A DNA stretch of 64,000 nucleotides. It comes from Candidatus Limiplasma sp. GTDB lineage: Bacteria; Bacillota; Clostridia; Christensenellales; Aristaeellaceae. Of the stretch, positions 29,126-40,662 are shown in pieces (position 1 is the first letter of the stretch; each line of letters begins with the position of its first letter). The notes beneath the pieces were generated by a model that had not been told where the DNA came from, ran no database searches, and was given only the letters and a program-made list of their open reading frames with translations. Both the position numbers and the translations under genes were made by a program. The stretch covers positions 1,064,717-1,128,716 of the forward strand of contig OY782679.1 in assembly GCA_963678055.1 (NCBI GenBank), written 5' to 3'.

Positions 29126-29575
29126 CTATCTTCGCTCGGCGAAAAACGTTTGTAACAGCGCTTGGGATTCGGCCTCTAAAAGACCGCCGTAGCAGGGGAC
29201 TTGATGATAAAATGCGGGGTCGGACGGAATGCAATACACGCTTTCCACGCAGCCCTGACGCGCGTCGCTTGCGCCAAAGTAGCATGCAGAAAGTTTGGCC
29301 ATGATCAGCGCACCCGCGCACATGGGGCAGGGCTCCAGCGTGACGTACAGGGTACAATCGCTAAGCCTGCGTGTACCCAGAACGCTTGCGGCCTGGCGTA
29401 TAGCCAGGATTTCAGCATGGGCTGTCGGGTCGTTTTCCTGCTCGCGCGTGTTATGCACGCTGGCGATGATTTCGCCTCCGCGCACGATGACGGCACCGAC
29501 GGGCACCTCGCCCTCGGCAGCCGCAAGCCTTGCTTCCTGTAATGCGGCGCGCATATAGCGTTCATGGTCGCTCAT
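29126..29575 (-). CDS. tadA: tRNA-specific adenosine deaminase
   Basis: Start at MSDHERYMRAALQEA (GGAGGG SD). CDA zinc motifs HAEILAI and TLEPCPMCAGAL. Confidence 0.9.
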   Translation of the reverse strand: MSDHERYMRAALQEARLAAAEGEVPVGAVIVRGGEIIASVHNTREQENDPTAHAEILAIRQAASVLGTRRLSDCTLYVTLEPCPMCAGALIMAKLSACYFGASDARQGCVESVYCIPSDPAFYHQVPCYGGLLEAESQALLQTFFAERR

Positions 29576-29663
29576 GCCCTTTAGCCCTCCGGCATACATC
29601 GTGTTCAATCAACCCATATTGTAGCATAGAACGCGGGGGATGGAAAGAGTAGTCAGCGTCATA

Positions 29664-30521
29664 TCAATCGGCCAGCAGACGGTGGATAGCGTCTTCCAGT
29701 GTGCCGTTTTTCACCTTGTCCAGCTCGTCTGAAGCCCAGGCAGGAAAGGTGCTGCGCTGACAGCCGAAGTGCAGCGTCGTTAGAATGGATGCGACAGCGT
29801 CAAACGCCTCCTCGGTCGGATGGTTGCCTCCGTATGCTTTGAGAAACGCTTGCCCCGCTTCCTTGCCCAGCGATGAGGTAACATTGCGCAAATCCGCGTA
29901 TACATATCCTTTTCCCAGCAGATTGTAGTCAAACATGAACGCGGAAGAGCCATCCCTGGCAACGACCATATTGGTATAGTAGAAATCATTGTAGGTCAGC
30001 GTACGAGCGATAGTATGAGATTTTTCGAGGATAGCATCAAACTGCTTATGAAGAAGCAACCAGACAGGGTTTTGGCTCGTGCCGGTTTTACGGGCGACGG
30101 CCTCCATATTGCCCGGGGTAATGCAGTCAGTTTCATCGTACATGCCCTGTCCATGCGCGGCGACATAGGCTTTGCCGCGTTCGTGCAGTAGTGTATACCA
30201 TGCGGCGAGGCGAATGGCGACCTGTGGGTCGTCCATGTCGGCTTTGACGGCCAGCCGCAGACTGTAGCTTTGTTCAATGTCTTCCATTAGCAGTGTTCTT
30301 TGGGTACTGCCCACTATTTTCAGGGTTGGAACTCCAAGCGTTTGCAGTATTTTGTAATTGTGTATCTCTCGACGATCGGCTTCATTTTCATAGGCTTTCA
30401 GAATGTAGTTTGTACTGCTATCGGTAACGCGGTATACGGCTACACCATCCTTTTTGCGCAGTAGGTTTGCGCTGCTGCCGGGAAGGCCTAGGGTTTCCAG
30501 TATGGCGGTGATTTCTGTCAT
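29664..30521 (-). CDS. Aminoglycoside/choline-kinase-like phosphotransferase-fold protein (APH family), substrate unknown
   Basis: Start at MTEITAILE. N-lobe Lys context YILKAY, catalytic loop-like TYNDFYYTNMVV, and the metal-binding FDYNLLGKGYVYADL. Confidence 0.6.
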   Translation of the reverse strand: MTEITAILETLGLPGSSANLLRKKDGVAVYRVTDSSTNYILKAYENEADRREIHNYKILQTLGVPTLKIVGSTQRTLLMEDIEQSYSLRLAVKADMDDPQVAIRLAAWYTLLHERGKAYVAAHGQGMYDETDCITPGNMEAVARKTGTSQNPVWLLLHKQFDAILEKSHTIARTLTYNDFYYTNMVVARDGSSAFMFDYNLLGKGYVYADLRNVTSSLGKEAGQAFLKAYGGNHPTEEAFDAVASILTTLHFGCQRSTFPAWASDELDKVKNGTLEDAIHRLLAD

Positions 30522-30602
30522 AGATGGCCTTTCTACGATTGGTGTCTGCCTCCACGAAGACAAGACTTAGGGCTCCAGTCCATGCTGGCTGCATAGCGCT
30601 TG

Positions 30603-31670
30603 TTACTCCGTCCATGGCTGGGGTTTAACCTCGATGGGTCTGTCCTCATCGGCGGCTTTTTGAATCATCAGGGCAAGGTACAGGTCCATTAGCTCCTCCT
30701 CCAGCGGGTAAAACGCCTCTCCGGTTTCGAGAAAACGGCCCATCTTGTCCATGCAAGTCGCTACGGCGATTTCATCGTCAAACAAGCGCGCGGGTCGATA
30801 GGGGTTCTGATAATACCATCCGTGATCGCCGCCGCGCACGCCGCGCAGGTACAGTCCTTCCAAGTTCGGCCCTTCTCCGGCCATCACACGTTCCAGTGTA
30901 AAATGGCAGGGTGTTACAATATCTTTCAAATACAATACATCTTCGCCGCGCAGCTCTCCGCGCTCACCACGCAGCACCCAGTGCTGCGTGCGGATGAAGG
31001 AACGGTGCTGGTTATCTTCCAAATCGTTCAAAGCCTGCCTGTCGCCGTAATCCAGTTGATACAGCATCTGCTTGGCATCGACAAGTGTATCCTCGGTCGG
31101 GTCACCGGCACGGCTGGGGCCACTGGTCATCGGGTGGCTATAGCGGTTGGCGCGGATGAGCGGGCAGGTTCTGCCGGTATGCAGCAATTTGCGCTGCACA
31201 GCCACGGCGTGATAGCCGTTGGGTAGGCTTGACTGCATTTGATACACCCTACCCAGCAAACCGGAATCGGCCAAGGCGATGCGGGCGGCATTCAGCGGCT
31301 GAAACGGGTATTGCTCCGCAACCTGAATCTTTGCGCCGGCAAGGTCGTCATACAGCCTGTGTAGCTCATCCACATCCTTGGCTGGAAAGGTTTCAATGAG
31401 AAGCGGAACGCCTTGGCGGCTGTATAAGCGCATCAGCTCGCCCATGCTGCCGCGATTAACAGAAAGAATGACATAATCCGGCGAAAGATCGATCAGTGCG
31501 TGATGGTCGGTAAACGCAGGCACTTCCCAGTTGCGGACGATATCCCGTCCGCGTTCGCTGCGGTAGACCGCGCCCACGATTTGAAAGCGTTCTGGCAGCA
31601 TCTGTGCGATGCGAATAAAAAAGTGCGACCGCCACCCTGTACCGACAAGCCCAATGCGTAGCTGTTTCAC
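30603..31670 (-). CDS. Gfo/Idh/MocA family oxidoreductase
   Basis: Start re-assigned to the GTG at 31670 (AAAGGGG SD), giving VKQLRIGLVGTGWRSHFF, a Rossmann GxGxxG N-terminus. The substrate cannot be inferred. Confidence 0.65.
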   Translation of the reverse strand: MKQLRIGLVGTGWRSHFFIRIAQMLPERFQIVGAVYRSERGRDIVRNWEVPAFTDHHALIDLSPDYVILSVNRGSMGELMRLYSRQGVPLLIETFPAKDVDELHRLYDDLAGAKIQVAEQYPFQPLNAARIALADSGLLGRVYQMQSSLPNGYHAVAVQRKLLHTGRTCPLIRANRYSHPMTSGPSRAGDPTEDTLVDAKQMLYQLDYGDRQALNDLEDNQHRSFIRTQHWVLRGERGELRGEDVLYLKDIVTPCHFTLERVMAGEGPNLEGLYLRGVRGGDHGWYYQNPYRPARLFDDEIAVATCMDKMGRFLETGEAFYPLEEELMDLYLALMIQKAADEDRPIEVKPQPWTE

Positions 31671-31792
31671 TGACTGCCCCTTTCTTTCTATACGGTGAGA
31701 TACCAATACACGCCGTGTGTCTGTCTCTCCATATTTTATGATAGCGTGTTGAAACCCTGCGGAGGATTGGATCGTTTTACATTCGATGAATG

Positions 31793-32581
31793 CTATTTGA
31801 TCAGAAATTGAATGCTTCTGTTGATCACTGCTTCATCTTGAATCAGTGCTAAATGGTCAGCGTTTGCATTGATATGAATCGCAATGTTTGCGGCACTATG
31901 TTGGTACTGCTGCGATAATTTCTCTTTGAACCTGACAGCATGAGACGGATGGATATGGGTATCGGCCTCACCCAGCTCAAGTAGCATCTGCGGTGCGTGA
32001 GCAAAATGATTCAGGTTTATCATGGGGTCTAACTGAGCATACAACCATGCACCAAAGGGTGTCGAGTTACCTTGTGCTATCACCTTCGTGGAATCCAGCA
32101 CATCAGTCATTCCCGGCCGCAGCCAGTCAGGCGATGCCGCAATGGCTGCAACTTTTCTGACTCTTGTATCAATCCCGGAGAGTGCTATGGCAATATCGCC
32201 GCCCATGGACATACCGCCGACAACGACATCATCGCGCAGATCGTAGCGGTTGATCGCCCAGTCCAGGACACGAAACGCATCCAGCACGGTTGTCCCCAGA
32301 ATTGTCCACATCACGGCCCGGAAGTTATCAAATACATAAGACCTGAGATCGGGGGCTGTTGCCGACCGCCTATCTCCATGTAACAAAGGATCCAGACTGA
32401 GCGCGAAATACCCGGCCTGCGCTAATGCTTTCAACTGCGAAATCCCAGTGTTTTTATCACCACCAAGGTAAGGAAGCCAAAGCGCGACATTGCCGTTTGC
32501 GTGCTTAGCATCAGGCTTACAAAATGCAATCGGTATTTCGTTTGCGGTTCCATATTCGATTGTTTGACTTTGCCTGTTCAT
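31793..32581 (-). CDS. Alpha/beta hydrolase (dienelactone hydrolase / S9-like)
   Basis: 262 aa with the nucleophile elbow GGMSMGG and a C-terminal His context (NANADHLAL). It is visibly AT-richer than its neighbours: 23/60 G+C in line 31801-31860 by hand count. Confidence 0.6.
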   Translation of the reverse strand: MNRQSQTIEYGTANEIPIAFCKPDAKHANGNVALWLPYLGGDKNTGISQLKALAQAGYFALSLDPLLHGDRRSATAPDLRSYVFDNFRAVMWTILGTTVLDAFRVLDWAINRYDLRDDVVVGGMSMGGDIAIALSGIDTRVRKVAAIAASPDWLRPGMTDVLDSTKVIAQGNSTPFGAWLYAQLDPMINLNHFAHAPQMLLELGEADTHIHPSHAVRFKEKLSQQYQHSAANIAIHINANADHLALIQDEAVINRSIQFLIK

Positions 32582-32720
32582 AATTTTCTATCAATCAGTC
32601 GTTAGTTCAGGGCTTTGCAATCCTTATCATACCACCGTTTGATAGACAAAAAAAGATGAATTCATCATTTCTCGCTTGTCCAAGTTAGACGGCCCCAGTA
32701 TGGCGATGTAAATGCTCAAT

Positions 32721-32753
32721 AAAAAAGCCATACGATCAGCGTGATCGTATGGC
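32721..32753 (-). terminator. Rho-independent terminator of the UbiA-family gene
   Basis: Reverse strand reads GCCATACGATCA-cgc-TGATCGTATGGC followed by TTTTTT. Confidence 0.85.
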
Positions 32754-32785
32754 AAAGCATTGTTAGATAGGGTATAGACTGATTC

Positions 32786-33724
32786 CTACAAAACGCTTTT
32801 GAGGATAACGCCTACAAACATGGTGATCACAAACCCGAAAAGCAGAATGAAATAAATTTTAACCGAAAGAATAAAGGTTTCGGATTTGACGGGATTGGCA
32901 ACAAAAGCGCGCACGTTCTTCCACACAAGCGGGGCAGTGAGCAGCGCAGCCAGCGACACGGGGTGTACTAAACCCAGAATGACCACAATGATGATGGCAA
33001 TATAGGAAAGGAGCACCGAGCCCTGAAACAGTTTGAGCGCGTTTTCACGGCCGATGTAATAGGGCAGGGTGTAGCGCTTGTTTACGGCATCGCGGTCCAT
33101 ATCGCAGATGTTGTTGGCCAGCATAATATTGCTGGTGCACAAAATGCTTGGCAGCGCCAGCAGCGTAAGGTACACAAGGTTTAGCCAATGCATGCTGATT
33201 TGCAGCATGCTGCCGTCAAACTGAATATTCACATACTGCGCAGCACGGTCCGGCGCGTTGACAAACACCGTCAGGAAGAGAATGAAAAATCCCATCGTCA
33301 GCCCGGAGGCAATTTCACCATAGGGCGTGCGTGAGATGGCAATCGGCCCAAAGGAGTACAAAATACCGATGCCAAAGCAGATCACCCCGGCAATCAACAC
33401 CGGCAGGCCGCACAAAACGGTGAGCCACAGGCCCAGCACCATGGCGATGCCGCCTGTACCAAAGATCAGCGCAAGTGATACGCCGGTGGTAAAATGCGGC
33501 GTGCCGCCCTCCCGGCGTTTATCGATGAAATTGTTAATCATCGTTACAGTCATATCCCACAGAACAACGGCAATAAAGAGTATAATCGTGGGCCCTGCCT
33601 GCAGGCTGCCCTGCATGTACAGGCTGAACGCCACACCGATCAGAAACGGGGTGACGCTGATCAGCTTTGTGCTCAGCTCTACAAATTTAATCCAGCGGCT
33701 GAATCCATTTTCCGTTTGACTCAT
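32786..33724 (-). CDS. UbiA family aromatic prenyltransferase (MenA-like)
   Basis: 312 aa, polytopic membrane protein. It has two Asp-rich motifs (NNFIDKRRE and NNICDMDRDAVNKRYTLP) arranged as in MenA/UbiA enzymes. Confidence 0.7.
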   Translation of the reverse strand: MSQTENGFSRWIKFVELSTKLISVTPFLIGVAFSLYMQGSLQAGPTIILFIAVVLWDMTVTMINNFIDKRREGGTPHFTTGVSLALIFGTGGIAMVLGLWLTVLCGLPVLIAGVICFGIGILYSFGPIAISRTPYGEIASGLTMGFFILFLTVFVNAPDRAAQYVNIQFDGSMLQISMHWLNLVYLTLLALPSILCTSNIMLANNICDMDRDAVNKRYTLPYYIGRENALKLFQGSVLLSYIAIIIVVILGLVHPVSLAALLTAPLVWKNVRAFVANPVKSETFILSVKIYFILLFGFVITMFVGVILKSVL

Positions 33725-33827
33725 ACAAACACCTCAGCGTATAGTATAGCACTTTATCAGCGATTGTTGACATAAGAAAAACCATCCGCGGATAAGATTT
33801 CTCCTATCTATTGATGGTTTATGCTTA

Positions 33828-33904
33828 TGGTAGCGGCGGGGAGACTTGAACTCTCGACACTCCGGGTATGAACCGAATGCTCTAGCCAACTGAGCTACGC
33901 CGCC
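33828..33904 (-). tRNA. tRNA-Met (elongator, anticodon CAT), CCA encoded
   Basis: Reverse strand reads GGCGGCGTAGCTCAGTTGGCTAGAGCATTCGGTTCATACCCGGAGTGTCGAGAGTTCAAGTCTCCCCGCCGCTACCA. It folds as a cloverleaf with the anticodon loop TTCATAC. An Ile-lysidine identity cannot be formally excluded. Confidence 0.85.
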
Positions 33905-33908
33905 AAAA

Positions 33909-33985
<77 letters not shown>

Positions 33986-34012
33986 TCGTTGCCTTTAAAA
34001 GCGGCGAGATTC

Positions 34013-34041
34013 ATCATACTACAGGAATAGGTTGCTGTCAA
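34013..34041 (-). promoter_or_regulatory. Sigma-A type promoter of the tRNA-fMet/tRNA-Met pair
   Basis: Reverse strand reads TTGACA - 17 nt - TATGAT, about 20-25 nt upstream of the tRNA-fMet 5' end. Confidence 0.65.
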
Positions 34042-34275
34042 TATCTGATGGGTGAGAAATCGAAGAAATATTGTAAGATACTTCGCTCAAAAAAGGATAT
34101 AAGCGACAAATGAGATCGATGAACCATCAAAAACTGCTGCGGGATTATGTTTTGGGCATCATTTAAAGGTAAGGCGCAAGCGCGGATCTTCGCCGCTGGA
34201 GGGAATTCGTAAGTGGGAAAAACAAGAAAACGTTGGCTTTTCACAGCAATGGTTTTTGGAAAGCGTGCATGCCGA

Positions 34276-34305
34276 TTGACGGTGATGTAATTTAGTTCGT
34301 ATAAA
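34276..34305 (+). promoter_or_regulatory. Candidate distal promoter upstream of ppdK
   Basis: TTGACG (34276-34281) - 18 nt - TATAAA (34300-34305). Confidence 0.4.
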
Positions 34306-34340
34306 TGAAGGGAAATCAGCGGAAAACGCGGCCGATTCCC

Positions 34341-34369
34341 TTGCTTAATCCATACAATCTGTGTATAAT
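34341..34369 (+). promoter_or_regulatory. Candidate proximal promoter of ppdK
   Basis: TTGCTT (34341-34346) - 17 nt - TATAAT (34364-34369), with TG just upstream of the -10. Confidence 0.6.
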
Positions 34370-34444
34370 TATTTGGATAGTTTGAAAGGATCAGCACAAG
34401 AACTGTGGCGGTCCACAGAATGAGTTGAGGAGGAAATCATATCC

Positions 34445-37072
<2,628 letters not shown>

Positions 37073-37088
37073 TTAATAACGTTAACAG

Positions 37089-37122
37089 GAAGACCGTCGC
37101 AACTGCGGCGGTCTTCTTTTTT
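37089..37122 (+). terminator. Rho-independent terminator of ppdK
   Basis: GAAGACCGTCGC-aact-GCGGCGGTCTTC followed by TTTTTT. Confidence 0.85.
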
Positions 37123-37183
37123 GCTGATATCTAAAATTCCTGCTATGATAGACGTAAAGAGAGTAAGCATATGAGGTGAGCGT

Positions 37184-38011
37184 ATGATTGAGCTGCCGGA
37201 AAGTATCAGTCTGGTAAGACAGTTGAATGAAACCATCAAGGGCAAGGGGATAGCAAATGTTGTTGCCAATGCCTCGCCACACAAGTTTGCGTGGCTGTCG
37301 GGCGACAGCGCGTATTACAACACGCTGCTCCAGGGGAAAACGGTGGGGGAAAGTGTTGCGTTCGGCGGCAAACCGGAGATTACCGTGCAGGACGCACGCA
37401 TCGGGTTTGCCGAAGGCATCAAGCTGCGGTATTTTGCAAAAGGAGAAGCGGTGCCGGCGAAACATCAGCTGTTGATTGAGTTGGATGACGGCTCTGCGAT
37501 TACCGGCAGCGTGCAAATGTACGGCGGCCTGTGGGCGTTTATCGACGGAACCTTTGATAACGAGTTTTACCTCGCTGCCAAGCAAAGACCTTCGGCCCTA
37601 TCCGATGCGTTTGACTGGACCTTGTTTCAGAAAATGGCAGCGGAACATGAAAACAAGAGCGTGAAGGCTTTCCTGGCGACCGAGCAGCGCATACCCGGCC
37701 TGGGCAATGGTGTGCTACAGGACATTCTGTTTCATGCCCGCATCAATCCGAAGACCAAGGTGAAACTGCTATCGGAAATAGAACGGAAAATGCTGTTTGA
37801 CAGCATCAAGAGCACCCTGCAGCAAATGGCTGATCAGGGTGGCCGGGACACGGAAACCGACCTATTCGGCAAGCCCGGTGGGTATCATACCATAATGTCG
37901 AAAAACGGATTGCAACAACCCTGCCCTGGCTGCGGCGGTAGCATTCAAAAAGCTGCTTACATGGGCGGAAGTGTATATTATTGTCCAACGTGTCAAACGG
38001 AGCGGAAATAG
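37184..38011 (+). CDS. Fpg/Nei (H2TH) family DNA glycosylase-like protein lacking the N-terminal catalytic proline
   Basis: 275 aa with a GAGGTGA SD. The N-terminus is MIELPESISLVRQL (canonical MPELPEV). An H2TH-like region follows (FLATEQRIPGLGNGVLQDILFHARINP). The C-terminal zinc finger is CPGCGGSIQKAAYMGGSVYYCPTC. Confidence 0.7.
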   Translation: MIELPESISLVRQLNETIKGKGIANVVANASPHKFAWLSGDSAYYNTLLQGKTVGESVAFGGKPEITVQDARIGFAEGIKLRYFAKGEAVPAKHQLLIELDDGSAITGSVQMYGGLWAFIDGTFDNEFYLAAKQRPSALSDAFDWTLFQKMAAEHENKSVKAFLATEQRIPGLGNGVLQDILFHARINPKTKVKLLSEIERKMLFDSIKSTLQQMADQGGRDTETDLFGKPGGYHTIMSKNGLQQPCPGCGGSIQKAAYMGGSVYYCPTCQTERK

Positions 38012-38039
38012 AAAAAAAGCCTGCATAGCAGGTTTTTTA
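38012..38039 (+). terminator. Rho-independent terminator after the Fpg/Nei-like gene
   Basis: AAAAAAAGCCTGC-ata-GCAGGTTTTTT. Confidence 0.8.
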
Positions 38040-38096
38040 GATGTCGCTGTTATGCAGGTAGTGGCTTTGGTTGCGCTTTGAATCCGATCCGGAATG

Positions 38097-38131
38097 CAAA
38101 AGCGGGAGTTGCAATAGCAGCTCCCGCTTTT
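38097..38131 (-). terminator. Rho-independent terminator of the flavodiiron gene
   Basis: An 11-bp stem, AGCGGGAGTTGC-aata-GCAGCTCCCGCT, with a T-run on the reverse strand (plus-strand CAAAA). Confidence 0.75.
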
Positions 38132-38161
38132 ACTTAACCATTCGGTTGCAGGTCACGGGTA

Positions 38162-39367
38162 TCACTTGCTGGTGGCCTCGCCAACCAACGCCTGGCTAAG
38201 CACTTCAAGCTGGGTGCATGCATCCGGCTGAATGGCTGACAGCACCGTGATGACGGGCTGGGCAACCTCCACGTTTTTCAAGCCGCTCAGATGTTCCAGC
38301 ACCTGTTTGCCTGAGGCAATGGCCCAGCTGCCGCTTTCGATTACGGCGACGCGGCGGTTTTGTACGTTGTGTTCCTTCAAAGTTTGCAGGAAATGCGAAA
38401 TGGGAGGATACATGCCCATATTGTAGGTGGGGCAGGCGATAACCAGCTTGCCGCAGCGGAAGGTTTCGGACAGCAGGTCGCTCAAATCAATATTGGAGGC
38501 ATCGCGAACGATGACATGCGCGCCCAAATCAGAGATTCTGGCGGCCAGCGCTTCGGCAGCATTTTTGGTATGGCCGTACAGGCTGCCATACACCACCAAG
38601 ACATCGTTAGGGTCTTCGGGCTGGTAGGTGCTCCATTTTGTATATTTGTCCATATACCAGTCGATATTCTGCCGCCAGACGGGGCCGTGCAGTGAGCAGA
38701 TACGGTTCAGCTCGTGTTGGTTGACTTTTTTCATGGCCATTTGCACCTGTTGTCCGTACTTGCCAACGATGTTGGCATAATAACGGCGGGCTTCGGGCAG
38801 CCAGACCTCTTCAAAATTCAGCTCGTCGGCATAAATGCTGCCGCCCAGTGCGCCGAACGTGCCAAACGCATCGGCAGAGAACAGGGTTTTGCTTTTGGGG
38901 TCATAGGTCATAATCACTTCCGGCCAGTGTACCATCGGTGCCGTGTGGAAGATTAGCTCACGGCTGCCGCATGAAAGCGTATCGCCCTCGCCCACGGTAA
39001 TATACTCCGCTTTGAGCTCGCCAAAGAACTGCCCGATCAGGGTGAGCGACTTGGCAGACCCGACGAGCGTCACTCCGGGGTAGCGGCGAAGCAGCGATTG
39101 CAGCAGCGCAGCGTGGTCAGGCTCCATATGCTGGATGACCAAATAATCCAGCGCTCGGTCCTGCAGGGCGGCGCTGAGATTTTCAAAAAACAGATCCGCC
39201 ACGGCGTGGTCGGCCGTATCGAACAGAACGGTTTTTTCGTCTTTGATCAGATAGGAGTTATAGGAAATACCCTTGGGTACCGGGTATAGATTCTCAAACT
39301 TATTCAGCCGCCTGTCGCTGGCACCTACATAGTACAGATCATCGGTGATTTGCCGTAAGCAATGCAT
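38162..39367 (-). CDS. fprA: Flavodiiron protein (A-type flavoprotein: metallo-beta-lactamase-like di-iron domain + flavodoxin domain)
   Basis: 401 aa. The di-iron motif is IQHMEPDHA. The C-terminal flavodoxin-like region is VLVVYGSLYGHTKNAAEAL...LVIACPTYN. Confidence 0.8.
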   Translation of the reverse strand: MHCLRQITDDLYYVGASDRRLNKFENLYPVPKGISYNSYLIKDEKTVLFDTADHAVADLFFENLSAALQDRALDYLVIQHMEPDHAALLQSLLRRYPGVTLVGSAKSLTLIGQFFGELKAEYITVGEGDTLSCGSRELIFHTAPMVHWPEVIMTYDPKSKTLFSADAFGTFGALGGSIYADELNFEEVWLPEARRYYANIVGKYGQQVQMAMKKVNQHELNRICSLHGPVWRQNIDWYMDKYTKWSTYQPEDPNDVLVVYGSLYGHTKNAAEALAARISDLGAHVIVRDASNIDLSDLLSETFRCGKLVIACPTYNMGMYPPISHFLQTLKEHNVQNRRVAVIESGSWAIASGKQVLEHLSGLKNVEVAQPVITVLSAIQPDACTQLEVLSQALVGEATSK

Positions 39368-39554
39368 GGTTCAACCTCCCTTGTTGTTTACCTTTTTATT
39401 GTACACGTAACGGCAAAAGATGTAAATGGCAGGGCATGATTATCAGCAAGATTAGTGGGTATCACAAAGATATCCATCCCTACGGCCGCGTGCTAAAGCC
39501 CTGTACATATGGGGGTGGCTGTGACTTTTTGAATGATATTATAAAGAGAAACGA

Positions 39555-40487
39555 CTAATTAAGCGTTGTCTGATTTCGTCCTTTTGCTTTGCTTTGGTAC
39601 ATCAGCTTGTCTGCACGCTCAATGAGTTTTTCGATCGTATCGTTTTCCCGAATCATCGTTGCACCGATCGAAAGAGTAGTATGCAGGATCAGGTCGCCAA
39701 AAGGAATAACGGTCTTTTCGGCGAGCATTCGGATTTTCTCTGCAATGCTTAGTAAGGTTTCATCGTCTTTACATATGCAGATGCCTAAGAATTCTTCTCC
39801 GCCCCACCGGCCGATCATATCGCTTGCGCGAAGGACATGGGTAATGGTTTTCGCCAATACAGACAGCACCTCATCGCCTGCCGTATGCCCATACTGATCG
39901 TTAAGCGTTTTGAAATGATCGATATCAATAAACAGCACGCCGAAATTAATACGTAAAGCACGGTATTCCCTGATTTTGGAATCAAGGAATGTTGATAGGT
40001 ACCTGCGGTTTGGCAATATTGTAAGCTGATCGGTGAGCGCAAGAAGCTTGAGTTCTTCCACATTATGCATGGTTTCAAGCAGCTCCTGCTGTATCTGGAA
40101 TACCTCAATAGCACCGCAGACAACACCCTTATTCAGGATGGGAATGGCCCGTATGGATACGGGAATGCGATAACCGGATTTGTGTTGCAGATACACAAGC
40201 GCTGTTTTGATTTCATTATCATCCATGCTTTGATGCAATGGGCAACCTTGAATACAGAGTTGTGTTCCTTTATCGTCGGTGTGCATTAAAATATTGTCAC
40301 AGCAGTGTCTGTTGAGTACTTCCTGACTGGTAAATCCAGTAATTCTTTCTGCACCGTCATTCCAGAACAAAATCTGACGATTTGCATCAACGTAATATAC
40401 GCCTTCGTACAGGTTCTCAAATACCGATAAAAACCGAGTGATATTCTCCACCCTATCAAACCTCTTTGCCGTTCCGATTTTTGTCAT
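39555..40487 (-). CDS. PAS-domain diguanylate cyclase (GGDEF)
   Basis: 310 aa. The N-terminal PAS region reads YYVDANRQILFWNDGAERITGF. The GGDEF domain has the active-site RWGGEEFLGI and no upstream RxxD that I could see. The gene is AT-rich: 26/60 G+C in line 39601-39660. Confidence 0.85.
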   Translation of the reverse strand: MTKIGTAKRFDRVENITRFLSVFENLYEGVYYVDANRQILFWNDGAERITGFTSQEVLNRHCCDNILMHTDDKGTQLCIQGCPLHQSMDDNEIKTALVYLQHKSGYRIPVSIRAIPILNKGVVCGAIEVFQIQQELLETMHNVEELKLLALTDQLTILPNRRYLSTFLDSKIREYRALRINFGVLFIDIDHFKTLNDQYGHTAGDEVLSVLAKTITHVLRASDMIGRWGGEEFLGICICKDDETLLSIAEKIRMLAEKTVIPFGDLILHTTLSIGATMIRENDTIEKLIERADKLMYQSKAKGRNQTTLN

Positions 40488-40662
40488 CTACAATTATTAT
40501 ACAGCAAAAATGAATGATGGATATAGGAAATCCATGTTATTATTTATTTTTATACAGTATTGATAGCCAAATTCCCAGACGCGCGATGGACGCAGAGAGG
40601 GAGCTTTATCAAAGTGTACACTGTGAGAAGCAGATGCAACAATTATGGCGGCGGGCGGCCAG

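Noticed and set aside
28296-29357. The long (353-aa) version of the HAD ORF, which overlaps tadA.
   Set aside because: The first 81 codons read through tadA in another frame and encode an Arg/Ser-rich non-protein-like sequence. The HAD motif I (DLDDTLL) begins right after an internal TTG with a good SD, so the short form was adopted.
29664-33724. The kinase-fold / Gfo-Idh-MocA / alpha-beta hydrolase / UbiA run, considered as a possible biosynthetic or resistance cluster.
   Set aside because: The genes are separated by 39-, 86- and 204-nt spacers, and there is a strong terminator after the UbiA gene. Their base composition differs, and there is no shared pathway logic that I can name. They are more likely independent genes.
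34038-34397. A 119-aa reverse-strand ORF in the tRNA/ppdK spacer.
   Set aside because: It spans two promoters, has no SD, and has an implausible composition (for example FPPAAKIRACALPLND and many Ile/Phe/Leu runs from AT-rich DNA). I treat it as non-coding.
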